A DNA stretch of 64,000 bases from Octopus vulgaris (Eukaryota): positions 120,404,001-120,468,000 of the forward strand of contig OX597816.1 of NCBI GenBank assembly GCA_951406725.2, read 5' to 3'. The notes under the pieces are model-generated. The model was not told the DNA's origin. It worked only from the letters and a program-made list of their open reading frames with translations, and made no database searches. The position numbers were made by a program, and so were the translations under genes. How positions within the stretch are numbered: position 1 is the stretch's first letter; each line of letters begins with the position of its first letter. Positions 1-12,942 of the stretch are shown piece by piece.

Positions 1-464
1 AATTAGCCATATATTTTTAAACTTTGCAAACTCCAGAGGAAACTATACTTAATTCTTATATAGTTATAAAGCGTAATATTAGCTGTTCCAGGCATTTCTT
101 GAAGTATTTTAATCAATATTGTTAGAATTTACATGTCACTGATAAGTAAGTTATATTCGGAATAAATTTCTGCCATAGAAAAGATGCATAGTGTCCTTTC
201 CAATCACAGAGAAGGACATAAACAGATAAGTCTGAATATAAACGATCGTCTTTTCTAAAATAAATAAAAAATAAATAAATAAAAATAAAAGGGACATTTG
301 GCAACTGAACGATACACACATTTAGTACTAGTCAGAAACCCCAACAAAGATTATATTGGTGAAACAGGATTTGAAAATTCTAAATGTGGGTAGTTATACA
401 TGGCACGGAACTCTGCTAATGTTATCATTAAATAAATGCACAGTATGAATATGTATATACATTT

Positions 465-598
465 TAGCCTCTGTCAACCGAATCAGTTGCATATCTATAG
501 TTTCATTTCATCGTAAATTTCAGTAAAGAAAGCAACAATGAAACTTTCCCAATGTGCCGCGCAGTAGGACTGAATAAGAAACCACATGATTGAAAAGC
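465..598 (-). mobile_element. Degenerate tRNA-derived SINE head fragment
   Basis: Resembles 24760-24910 and 47060-47180 (e.g. 'gtgccgcgcagtaggactgaa...aaccacatgattg'). Confidence 0.4.
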
Positions 599-1658
599 CT
601 GTCGTAATAATTTGCTCACTCATAATTTTGGTACTTCCGACAGTGAATAAGTATTAAAGAGAGATAGGAAAGTCAATTAATTACCTAAAGATTCTGGTTT
701 AATTCCAGTGTTAAAAGGAAAAAAAAAATAGACTTCTTTTTTATGCGCCTACAACTGAAATGCGTTTCAACACGACGCGCTAGAAATCTCTCTTCGTCAT
801 TAGCTTTGTTATGCCCTATATTTTAACATGTTTTTCTGCAAGTAGCTGTTAATGCATTTGAGTGAACGTCATCATCATTTAGGTTACTGAACTCTCCAAA
901 ATATAGCATTCCGTATGACCTGGTTTTCGACACAATAATAGTGGCCAGTAAAACAACCAGTGTTTGTGGTTGTTGATGTGGACTACATCCTTTGGCAAAA
1001 TCTTGATCTTATCCAAGACAAAAAACTCACCATCAAGCAGAAGTGATCAAGATATCAGCAGAGCTTGTATCTTTCTAGGCTTGATTATGCTGATGGTTTC
1101 GCTATCATAGCTTAGTTTTGAGATACACAAATGTATTTATTACTCCTGCACGTACAAATCTATAAACGGCAAAATGTCTGTGTATCTGTGTGTCTGTGTG
1201 TCCTTTATACAAATCCACAGTTTTTCATGTAAAAGGCTCGCATTTTCTATGGGTTTCAAAACTGTCTGAGGGTGGTCGTGAAGATGTTTTCATTTCCCCA
1301 GTCACCCCATAAAGACATTAAAAAATCGATAAACCGATCCCTTATGCCCATAAGTTATTTTGCGGCCAAATTCGAGTTATTCGCTTTCTTCTTGTACACA
1401 GTCCCGCTAATTTTTCATGATTATGCCGTTCCAGGTGTGAAAACCGAAGTCCAATGAATATTAATTACTCTCATAAAAAGCCCCAACTAGCTCATAAACA
1501 ACAAAACTGGCCCGGGCTGAAATGTGATAAGAAACTTAGTTCTTGTGATTATATGAGTGTGTATGTGAGTGCAAGTAACAACAATAACACACACACGCAT
1601 ATATATGTGTGTGTGTATGTGTATGTATGTGTATGTGTGTCTGTGTGTGTGTATATAT

Positions 1659-1825
1659 ATTTCGTTTTTGGATTTGGTTTGCAAGATTCTTTATATGAGT
1701 TCGTGCGTTGAAGCATATTCTGTTGTGTCTGGGAAGAGTCAATTTCTTTTTGTGCCTTATAATGTAACACGCTCAACGGTAAAATTTCCCCTTATTTCTT
1801 ATTTATATTTTCCTAAAATTTTTTG
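1659..1825. repeat. Dispersed repeat, homologous to 38806-39079
   Basis: Shared blocks 'atattctgttgtgtctggg.agagtca.tt.ctttttgtgccttataatgtaaca' (direct) and 'ttcgtttttggatttggtttgcaagattctttatatgagttcg' (inverted at the 39 kb copy). Confidence 0.85.
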
Positions 1826-1849
1826 TTAAAAAACAAAATAAAAACAAAC

Positions 1850-2290
1850 ATGCAGGTTCAAGGTGCAGCCATCGGTGTAGGTATAGCTGGAGATGTGGCT
1901 GACCTTTTCATGACCTGGTGGGGCAGAAAATTTAAATAAATGTTAGCAGAACAGTCCACAACACTTTTACTCTACAGTAGATCTGTAGATGACATTAATA
2001 TCATAGTTAGGACCAACTCTAATGACAGTAATATAGAAACTGAGAAGAACATAATAGAGAGCATCCAGCAAATAGCTAACTCCATCCACCAAAGTATCAA
2101 AGTAACTATAGAGTACCCCACTAAGCACCCCAACAACAAACTCCCTGTACTTGATACTGAACTTTGGTTACAGACTGTGAACAATAGAGCGCAGATTCTC
2201 CACTCTTAACAAAATATGTTGTTCACAAGAACTCAGCTTTGTCACACAATATGAAAATGAACATACTGATAGCTGACTTAGAATAATGAA
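1850..2290 (+). mobile_element. Penelope-like element reverse transcriptase fragment (degenerate)
   Basis: Translates as QGAAIGVGIAGDVADLFMTWW...LYSRSVDDINII...LPVLD, matching the PLE RT motifs G..MG..A.LFM, Y.RYVDD and LPFLD; in-frame stops. Confidence 0.75.
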
Positions 2291-2339
2291 CAATATGTAT
2301 GTATATATGTATATGTATATATGTGTATATATATATATG

Positions 2340-2392
<53 letters not shown>

Positions 2393-2420
2393 GTATATAT
2401 AAGTATATATATATATATAT

Positions 2421-2473
2421 ACTTTTTCTCTAGTTTCAGGTCAGAGCTGTGGCCATGCTGATGCACCACCGTT
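2421..2473 (-). mobile_element. SINE 3' tail fragment
   Basis: Reverse complement resembles the tail 'ggtggtgctccagcatggcc...gactgaaacaagtaaaaga' at 10790-10840. Confidence 0.55.
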
Positions 2474-2481
2474 TTGCTACA

Positions 2482-3262
2482 CTGTTATTACTAAGAGCCT
2501 CCTCTAATATGTGGCACTTGGTGAAGCATGGAGTTTGATACAGCTACCACCATTTGCACCTCTTGCCGTGAGGTAGGTTCATCTGGAACTCTCGACAGGA
2601 AGAAGTCAAGCTTTGATTTGAAAGCCCCTACATCTAATTTATGCAAGTTCCTCAGACTTTTTGGGAGAATATTAAAAAACTGTGGGCCCTTGAAACCTAG
2701 GCTGTTGCGGTAGCTGGTCCTGAAGCGTGATGGCATTTCTGGGACCTTTGGCACTATGCAGTGTCGTCCCGTTCTGGCATTGGTGTCGCTTTCATTGCCA
2801 AAATTTAGCACAATTCCTTCCAGGATATTCCAGATATATATTACTACATACCTCTCCCGTCTTCTCTCGAGGGAGTAGAGTCTTAACTGTTTCAACCTTT
2901 CCCAGTAGCTGAGCTGTTGCAAAGAGTCGATCTTCTTTGTGAATCTTCTCTGGATTGCTTCAAGGTCCGCTTTAATGTCACACTGGTGGGTGACCATAGC
3001 TGTGAGCAGTAATCCAGGCGGGTGAGGATGAATGTCCGCTAGAGGACCATCATGGTTTCCTTATCTCTGGTTCTGAATGTTCTTAGGATCTATCTAGCCA
3101 GTCGTCTGCACTTTGTCGCCATCCTGATAATGTGCACTTGGAAAGAGGTATCATCACTCATGTCAATACCCAGGTCCCTCACTGACTTAGGCTCTGGGAT
3201 TGAAATTCCCTGTGGACTGGTGTACTCTGTAAGTTTCATATTCAGTTTTGCATACTGGTAGC
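2482..3262 (-). mobile_element. CR1/L2-group LINE 3' fragment (RT C-terminus)
   Basis: Frameshifted peptides VRDLGI, RLDYCSQLW and LEAIQRRFTKKI...LSYWERLKQLRLYSLERRRERY, typical of CR1-group ORF2 ends. Confidence 0.85.
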
Positions 3263-3269
3263 ATATATA

Positions 3270-3605
<336 letters not shown>

Positions 3606-4944
3606 TCTATATAGTATGTATATTTCTATCACAAGCATACACAGTCATATATGCGCTTTTGCGAGTGTAAAGACACTTTCTTACATACCTTTATACACGC
3701 GTGTGTATATGCATAAATGTGCGTGGTGCATGTGTTTGTGGTGTTGTGGTAGCGATAATGGTGGCGGTGATAATAATGATGGTGTGTGCGCATGTATGTG
3801 ACTGATTGTGTGATTATACGCTTGCAGTCTAGTATGTGAGCATTGATAGAGTAACGAAGAAAGTATAATCAGTTGATTAAAGGTCAATAAATTGTGAAAA
3901 GTCACAATACTTGCAACAACGTTTTTGGAGATTGGAAGATAATTAATCATCAATTCTTCTTCCACCAAGCTATTCAATAACTGATTGAAGAAATTATTAA
4001 ATGAACGACGTTGAATATTAAAGTAACAAAACAATAGTCGGACAGTACACCGTAATAGAGCGGACTCTACATGGCTATGACACAATTAATCGAAACAATA
4101 TTGATGGTTCAAGTTCCAACGAGACCGCAACAAAAGCACAGTTTTCTGCCCTGTTGCAAGCAATTTGGTGTACCTCACTCCTCTAAAAGATGAAGTAAAT
4201 GCGTAATTATGCAGTTTGGTTTGGTGGCAACTATTTTTTTCGTGTGTATTATTCGGCGCACGAAGAATTGTGAGTACGAGACTAGTTGATGGAATCAACC
4301 ATAACTCATGGAATATCTTCAGATCGGATATCATCCCGATGCTTGCAATAGAGTGACTTCATTAAGCGTCACCTAGAGTTCATATGGTTGTATTAAACCA
4401 GTTGCATACACAGCTCAACCAATAAGCTTCTCTAGATTTTCTGTCTCCCCAGCTTCGGTCACAAGATTTGGTTCTACTCAAAATACCGAGCAGTGGGATC
4501 GATCATGTGACTATATTAACGTCATGGCTATGTCAGCAAACAAAGTTGAGTTCAAAGCCACTTACGATCTTGTAGAGACACAAGGAAACTGCAGTGATTT
4601 CCAATCTGAAACTAAAATTCTTATAAATTCTCAACCACGTGTACGGTACACATATATAACGTACCATCAAGATACATTATACGTAACCATGGAACACATA
4701 TGAAAGGCAATGTATTTATTTGGATCAAATCATTACAGTGCCACCACTGCAAAGGTATGGTACAAAGATGAATAACATAGTCTTGTATGTTGTCACAGTT
4801 TCTTAGATCAATACAGGTCTCTAGAAAGAATCTAGAATGAAACTGGACGAGCAAATACCGTGTTATATTTTTGCTGACTTGGTCATCTACTAAATTCTTT
4901 CTTAATTCCAAGGGACACACACAAACGCGTTTGCATGTATACAT

Positions 4945-5010
<66 letters not shown>

Positions 5011-5289
5011 TAGTTAAATCATTCTATAAGTTAATTAGGATAATGCAGTGGTCGGCCCAAGCAGAAATGTACCTCGTTTCTTCCTAGCACTACAGAAACC
5101 AGAGCTGTGCACCATGAAAGGCCAATAAGCTATTAATGATTTATATGAGGATTAGCTTTTAATAACATTCTGGAACGTATAGAATGATTGCGTTCTATAC
5201 AAGTAATTCGAGAGGCAAAACTATCATGTGTGTAATGCAGTGGAATCATTTATAAATTCACACACACGTACGCACGCACACGCACACAC

Positions 5290-5345
<56 letters not shown>

Positions 5346-5523
5346 ATAAATACAACTACAGTAAATTCGCGAGATCCAGTGAAGTTGCAAAGGACGAATA
5401 AGTATTATTACATCTTATAGTTTTGACCTTTTAAGTTTTACCGCAAAGATTTTAGTGACGCTAAAGTAAAGGTTTACTGCAATATTTGCTGACAACTCAG
5501 AAAAAGTTTGAGGGAGACAGCGA

Positions 5524-5563
<40 letters not shown>

Positions 5564-5788
5564 GAGAGAGAAAGAGAGAGGGAGAGTGAGAGAGAGAGAG
5601 GAAGGATAGAGATAGAGGGAGAGAGAGCAGAGAGAAATAGAAAATGCTTTTAAAAAATTCATGCATACAAAAATCTACACACAGACGTAATATAAATGTC
5701 TGTCTGTCTGTCTGTCTGTCTGTATGTATGTATGTATGTATGTATGTATGTTTGTATGCATGTATGTGTGTGTATGTATGTATATATA

Positions 5789-5986
5789 CGAGGGGTGCTG
5801 AAAGTACCTAGCTTTTAGGGTATCGCGAAAAGCTCAAAATTCCGAGTTTTTTTTTACAGAGCTTAGAAAAACTGAAGGACCGCTGCAATAAGTGTGTGAA
5901 TCTAAAGGGGAATATGTTTAATAAATTAACAATTAACTGATCCTCCTGTATTTTCTTTTACCCAAAACCCAGAACTTTTCAGCACC

Positions 5987-5991
<5 letters not shown>
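5789..5991 (+). mobile_element. Mariner internal-deletion derivative (MITE)
   Basis: TIRs cgaggggtgctgaaag / cttttcagcacccctta flanked by TA; interior encodes RCNKCVNLKGEYV, a mariner transposase C-terminus. Confidence 0.85.
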
Positions 5992-6054
<63 letters not shown>

Positions 6055-6211
6055 CACCCTTTAATAAGACGATGCATTTATCAAATACTACGTCATAATT
6101 TATCAAGTATGTTCACAAAAATTAACCAACAAATATTCATTCAAATTAGGTGTCGGGCTGTTGCTGTGTATGTTTATAAAGAGAAACAGAAATGCACACA
6201 CATATACATTT

Positions 6212-6345
6212 TTCTTCTATTCTTTTATTTGTTTCAGTCATGTGACTGGTGCCATGCTGCAGCACCGCGTTTTAGTCGAAGAAATCGACCCCAGGACTTA
6301 TATTTTAAGGGCTTGGTACTTTATTCTATGGGTACTTATTCTATA
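6212..6345 (-). mobile_element. SINE 3' part
   Basis: Reverse complement matches 10730-10841. Confidence 0.75.
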
Positions 6346-6351
6346 TATTCA

Positions 6352-7397
6352 CATACCCATGTTTTCCATACAAGAGATTTGCATTTCACCCAGAAACGAC
6401 GTTCCCAATATTTTAATTTTCTTTCTCCTAACCCCAATTTCTTCATTTTTTTACTTTTTCCACATCTTTTTCTTGGTAATCCATGAAGAAACAGACAGTA
6501 CGAATTTTTAAAGAATTCTCTTCTTTCTACTTTCTTCAAAAAACACTTACATCTCTTTCCCCAACATCTATCCATAACCTCATCACTTTCAAATAGATAC
6601 AGTGCGTGTGTGTGCGTATGTTCCTTATGGGTTCTGAAACTGAGTTGCTCGTTTTGACGTATGCGGTGTCAAAGGATTCAGTAATCTTTCGGCTACCAAA
6701 GTATATTTTTGGCACAACAACTCTTTTTTTAATAAAATAACCTCAGAAACGAGATCGGCTCGCACTATTTTGAGATCATTTGCGGGTAATATATCGATTT
6801 GCTTCTAATGTTTCACTTTCGTCCAATGTTTCACGCATGCGTAGAATTCTGCTGAAATAGCACACGTAAAAAATGGCATTATCTCTCTTTCCATTTCTCA
6901 TAATGTATGTAGACACTATATTGTCAACATGTTACAACTTCACTAACTTCATCGATATATGGCGAAATCTGTATTTCATTTCATTTCTTACACACTTTGC
7001 TATCAGTTAAATAGATAATTCCAAAAACGATCTGTAAAGATATCTTATTTTTATACAATATCAATATGTATATTTTCATATATATTTCTCCGGCGCATCA
7101 ACCCTACAAATGCGCACACCCACTTCTTCATGCCTTTACATCCAACTTATTTTTTTTCGTAAATTTCTTCACATTCCTATGTTTTCCATACAGGAGATTG
7201 GATTTCACTCCAAAAATACGCTCTCAATATTTTAATTTTCTCCCTACCCACTCCAATTTCTACCTTTTTTTTTTTTTGCTTTTTTCGACATTTTTTCTTG
7301 ATAATCCACGGACAAAAAAACAGACAGTACGAATCTTTAAGAAACACTAAAATCTCCTTCCCCAACATCCACACATCACCTCACCATTTTCAAAAAG
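6352..7397. repeat. Two diverged direct copies of a ~230 bp unit (6352-6595 and 7172-7397)
   Basis: Colinear anchors 'atgttttccataca', 'caatattttaatttt', 'aacagacagtacgaat', 'ttcccaacatc', 'acctca.ca.ttt'. Confidence 0.8.
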
Positions 7398-7697
7398 CTT
7401 CAAACTGTCAATGTTTCACTTAGATCCTTTTGGAAAGCAGGGAAGTTTCTTCAGAAATAATGTCGTTTACCTGTTGTTTCTAGCATGTCTGGTTTTCTGT
7501 TAGTGGCCTCATATTTTTTACGTCTCTTATTTTAGTACAATTCTACGCATGTGTGAAACTCTATGATCTTTCTTGCAAGGGAGATCATTCAACTACCTAC
7601 CTACCTACGCCGCTACATATATTTGTTAGACACAAGCTCCTTTCGCTGATAAAGAATTTAGCTAATTAAAACAGAAGAGAACATACATACACACATC

Positions 7698-7729
<32 letters not shown>

Positions 7730-7815
7730 CATACATACATACATACATACATACATACATACATGCATACATTCATACATACATACATACATACATACAT
7801 ACATACATACATACA

Positions 7816-7849
<34 letters not shown>

Positions 7850-7924
7850 CGTATGTAAGCATAATTGTATGTAATTGTATGTATGTATGTATACATATAT
7901 AGATGTATATGTAGATAAGACATT

Positions 7925-10030
7925 AGGAGACAAAAACCAGGTTGCAGGCCACAGTGCTGAGGATATCCAAGCAAATGAGTCTTCTGTGGGAATGCAGCCC
8001 CAAGAGGCACAGGGAAAGTGTCCAAGAAGTAAATTCTCTCCAGCTGAAGTATAACAAGCAACTAGAGGCTTGCAGTGAAATGTACAGTATTTGCATAGAG
8101 CACTTTGGTGATAGAGAAAAGAGCAAGTAACCAACCAGAAAGAAATAGGTGGCAGAGGGAGATGGAATCCATAATATATACAAATAAATACCCGAAGAAA
8201 CAGCCGCAGGCCTTAAGTCCCGAGGAGAAGGAAGGTCTGGAAAGACCTCAAAGCAAAGCACAGCGCCTTCAGCAGAGCAGAATACTCGAGGAAAATATTT
8301 GATCAACTACAGTCTGGTGTACCAGCCGTCGAGAAAGAATCTCTTGAAGCTCTTGAGTCTCTTGAAGCTCACTTGAAGGAGACGTATTCCGACCCTAAAC
8401 AACAAAAAACACTTGACCATATTACAAACTTGGTGTGACCAAACCATCCTGGGGTGGATTTCGACAACAAGCCTCCAATACGTGCTGAAGTCAGGGAAGT
8501 CAGCTCCGGACTGAATGGTATACCATATCTTCCCTATCAGAAATGCCAAATTTTCTGAACTGGTTGCATGAAAGGCTCACGCTTGTCTAGAAGAATAAGA
8601 TGGTCCCTAGCCAATGGATGAAGATCGGTAAGCGTCCTTTGTCCGGCAATTACAAGGTCTGGTCTCTTCAGCATATGGTTCCTGTTAGTGTGCGAAATTG
8701 CAACTTCAGCAGTGGAAGTAATGGAGGCATATGAATAGGTACACCAGAAAGTGGTTTGGTGTACCCCACCGAGTCTGACTGATGTTGTTCTCTACTGAGA
8801 CTGCCTTTCGAGTCCTTAGTTGAAGAGTACAAGGAAGGGCAAACAAGACCGCAACTAATGCTCAAAGAGTAAAAGATTGTGGCTAGATCGGTGCAGCCAA
8901 GCCTAAAGAGAGGCAGGAAGTGGAAAGTTGTGGATGCAATTGGTGATGCTGAAAAGAGTTTGAATGCCAAAGAGATAATAGGGGTTGCTCAGACAGGAAG
9001 GGCAATACCAATGTGCACTAATGTTCAAAAGTAACAGGTAAAGTCCAAAGGGATCTTGTGATTCAGGAGGTTAGAAGTGAAGAGGAAAAAAACAAGTATA
9101 TGAAAGCCATCCAGCAATCTCATCAGGAGGAAGGACAACCTGGGATGCTGCTATGCAGAAATCCCTCACATGGAATGACGTGTAGCACTTGGCACCACTC
9201 AGATTGAGTTTCATGATAAGAGCAACTTATGACCTGCTTCCTTCAAACACCACCCTTGTAAAGTGGGGCATGGAAGACATTTCAATATGTCCTCAGTGCA
9301 AGGACAAATCCCAGTCAGTGGATCATGTCCTGCGTTCCTGCAAGACCGCCCTCGCTGATGGCACCCCGTTTGTTACGATGACGTGACACTCCGTCTGTTA
9401 CGATGACGAGGGTTCCAGTTGATACTATCAACGGAAAAGTCTGCTCGTGAAATTAACGTGCAAGAGACTGAGCACTCCACAGACACACGTACCCTTAACG
9501 TAGTTCTCGGGGAGATTCAGCGTGACACAGTGTGTGACAAGGCTGTCCCTTTGAAATAAAGGTACAACAGAAACAGGAAGAAAGAGTGAGAGAAAATTGT
9601 GGTGAAAGATTACCGCAGGGTCCGCCACACCCTGCCGGAACCTCGTGGGGATTTAGGTGTTTTCGCTCAATAAACGCTCACAGTGCCCGGTCTGGTAATC
9701 GAAGCCGCGATCTCACGACCGCGAGTCCGCTGCCCTAACCACTGGGCCATTGCGCCTCACTGATAGCACATACACATGGAAGCACAAGAGAGTACTGGAA
9801 GAATTGACCACTTCAATCTGGGACCAAATGCAGCGGGATACAACCAAATAAAAAGTGGCCTTCGTAAACAAAGAAGGAAAGGAGTGGGATAGAGCAAAGA
9901 AGAAAACTGGATATGAATTTGTGGCAGGTGGGAACCTGTTTAGACGCGAGGATTCCTGAGAAATAACTGCAGACATCATTGAGAAGCGCAGGAACTACCG
10001 AGAGTTCATCAAGATAATTTAAGAGTTTAC
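7925..10030 (+). mobile_element. HERO-like (R2 superfamily) non-LTR retrotransposon remnant, interrupted by a SINE
   Basis: Peptides KSAP..NGIPYLPYQKC, LPFESLVEEYK, GRKWKVVDAIGDAEKSL, RLSFMIRATYDLLPS, CPQC..SVDHVLRSC (CCHC) and, after the SINE, YTWKHKRVLEEL. Confidence 0.8.
9362..9758 (-). mobile_element. Full-length tRNA-derived SINE
   Basis: Minus-strand head gaggcgcaatggcccagtggttagggcagcggactcgcgg...gcttcgattacc (A/B boxes); homologous to 42394-42776; near-TSD ctgatggcac / ctgatagcac. Confidence 0.9.
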
Positions 10031-10117
10031 ATATGTATATGTAGACTCTAAAACATATATATATTGGCTTTTAACAAGTGGTTATTAGTATCGCTACGCC
10101 GAGGGGAAACCCCACCA

Positions 10118-10215
<98 letters not shown>

Positions 10216-10580
10216 TGTGTGTGTGTGTGTAATTTTTGGGCTAATGGGTATATGTCAATTACTGTATTGATGGTTCAAAACGATCGTCGTACGCAATAAA
10301 GGCTAATAGCAAATCCATCTTCTGCTTCCTTAATTGATTGCATATGTCTGTTTTTGTGTATGTTTATGCGTGTGCTTGTGTTTGTGTGTGTGTGTGCGTG
10401 TGTATACACACACACGCACACGCATATACATATATATAATTTATAAACATATATACGTGTGCTTATGTGTATGTATTTATTTAAAAACTTCTTTCTTCAA
10501 TTAAAACATTAATTATACATAGGCATATATATAATATACGTAAATAATTGTGTGTGCATGTGTTTATACCTACGGTCACT

Positions 10581-10631
<51 letters not shown>

Positions 10632-10639
10632 TGTGTGTT

Positions 10640-10841
10640 TGTGTGTCGGTGTTTGTCCCCCTAGCACTGCTTGACAACCGATGCTGGTATGTTTATGTCC
10701 CCGCCACCTAGCGGTTCGGCAAAAGAGACCGATAGAATAAGTACTGGGCTTACAAAGAATAAGTCCCGGGGTCGAGTTGCTCGATTAAAGGTGGTGCTCC
10801 AGCATGGCCGTAGTCAAATGACTGAAACAAGTAAAAGAGTA
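10640..10841 (+). mobile_element. SINE 3' half
   Basis: Homologous to 46965-47050 and 6212-6345 (both minus); tail ggtgctccagcatggccg...gactgaaacaagtaaaaga. Confidence 0.8.
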
Positions 10842-11056
10842 TAAATATAAGAGATAATAGTGTCATTGAGATCCAAAGGTGTCAGGTAATGCTGAATAAG
10901 TGCTATAGACAGACCTTAGTTAAGTTCCAGATTCGGTAATATTGCGAATAAAGGGTTCAACGTTGGTTCTATGTCAGCGTGTGTATATAAGAATTTTTTG
11001 CATAACAAGATAAAAAACCAAGAGTGTATAGCTATTAGAGCATTTATAGATAGAAG

Positions 11057-11108
11057 GTCTTACAGCTGTTTCTAGGATATTAATTAATAATATCCTTTCA
11101 CCGGAGAC
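11057..11108 (-). ncRNA. Type I hammerhead ribozyme motif (CCGGUGA variant)
   Basis: gtct-CCGGTGA-aaggatatta ttaat taatatccta-GAAA-CAGCTG-TA-agac. Confidence 0.6.
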
Positions 11109-11165
11109 GGTGTGAGAGGAAAATTAAGTCATAGTTAGTTTAGATGACTTAATTTTCTTCTCACC

Positions 11166-11217
11166 GTCTCCGATGAAGGGATATTATTAATTAATATCCT
11201 AGAAACAGCTGTACGAC
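11166..11217 (+). ncRNA. Type I hammerhead ribozyme motif (CCGAUGA variant)
   Basis: gtct-CCGATGA-agggatatta ttaat taatatccta-GAAA-CAGCTG-TA-cgac. Confidence 0.65.
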
Positions 11218-11283
11218 ATTCTATCTATAAATGGTCTCATATCTATACAGCCTTGGTTTTTTTAGCTTATTATGCAAACAATT

Positions 11284-11328
<45 letters not shown>

Positions 11329-11353
11329 GTATGTATGTGTATATATATATACA

Positions 11354-11385
<32 letters not shown>

Positions 11386-11801
11386 CATGCATACATACAT
11401 ATATACATACATACATACATACATACATACATACATACCTACATGCATATATGTTTGTATGTATGTATGTATAAACATGCGTACACATGTATACATATGG
11501 ATACACACAAATACACACGCGCATACTTACCTATGTATCAAGGTCATACGATGTTTGTCACATCGTATATCATAATCAACTCCCAGCATGAAATCACATT
11601 TAATGTTTGCTTGAAAATCGTTGTGGTTACTTAACAGAAAGGGAATATACTCCCTAGTTCGTGACTCGGGCTTAAGAGGCTTGAAGGGTATTTATGGAGA
11701 CACGAAATCGTGATCTTCTTGTTCCCTTACACACTCTTAGCAAATCGGGGTTTGATCCCAAACAATATCTTCAGATAAATACACACACACTCGTACACAT
11801 T

Positions 11802-11838
<37 letters not shown>

Positions 11839-11983
11839 GCGTGTGTATGTGCACGTATGTGTAGGCGTATGTGTATATACATATACATATGCATATTTAA
11901 TATATATACATATATTTGTGTGTGTGTATAATATTTATGCATTTCACTATGCAACATATGAAATGTTTCAATATATATATATG

Positions 11984-12053
<70 letters not shown>

Positions 12054-12073
12054 TATATATGTGTATATATATA

Positions 12074-12188
<115 letters not shown>

Positions 12189-12898
12189 TTCCATGCTGTA
12201 AAAATCAGATTATTTCAAACGCTTCTTCTTCTTCTTCTTCTTCTTCTTCTTCTTCTTCTTCTTCTTCTTCTTCTTCTTCTTCTTCTTCTTCTTCTTCTGT
12301 CTCTCTCCTCCCTTTCGCTCCCCCCTCTCTCTCCTGCAGTGACAAAATTGTGATGAGGTTGAAGTGTATGCTAAGTATTATCATAATATAAATTTTTAAC
12401 AAAGTTTTATACAAAATAAATTATCTATGCTAAAAAAAGATATGTTGGAAAAAGGTGATAGAATCAGTGTGAATATCACGAAAATACACCAGATATTAAA
12501 ATTTTTTTTACACTTTTACGGATATATGAAATTCTAGGATCATGAACATGTTAAAGAGAGCATCGCTAGCGCAACAGTATCTGTTTTCTTTCTTAAATGT
12601 GACATTAACGTGCACCAAGTTAGAATACTTTGACAAAAATTTACTGGGATTAACTTCTCATTTTGCCACACGGAAATATTTTATAAGGAACAAAATAAGC
12701 TTAAAAGGGATTTATATTCTAATTGTATGAGATCATTATTCTTGCACTCCAGGTTTACGTAGGCCAGTTGGTAAGATCAGTAATTTGTGGTCTGTACGAT
12801 CGACCTAATTCCTTGTGAATTAGAGACCTCTTTAATTCGGACTTACCATACATATACATACATACATACATACATAATACATACCATATAGAATTTCT

Positions 12899-12942
12899 CT
12901 ATGACTATAAATTTCATGCTAATCAGAACATTCTTCAGATGG
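12899..12942 (-). ncRNA. Type I hammerhead ribozyme motif
   Basis: ccat-CTGAAGA-atgtt ctgatt agcat-GAAA-TTTATAG-TC-atag; GUC cleavage triplet, one stem I mismatch. Confidence 0.65.

Larger units (their letters stand above)
10984..11291. repeat. ~150 bp-arm inverted repeat next to (TA)n, probable PLE terminal-repeat derivative
   Basis: Arms 10984-11132 and 11144-11291 are reverse complements with scattered mismatches. Confidence 0.9.

Noticed and set aside
752-806. HHR-like layout (minus ATGACGA...GAAACGC)
   Set aside because: Core is altered and stems II and III do not pair convincingly
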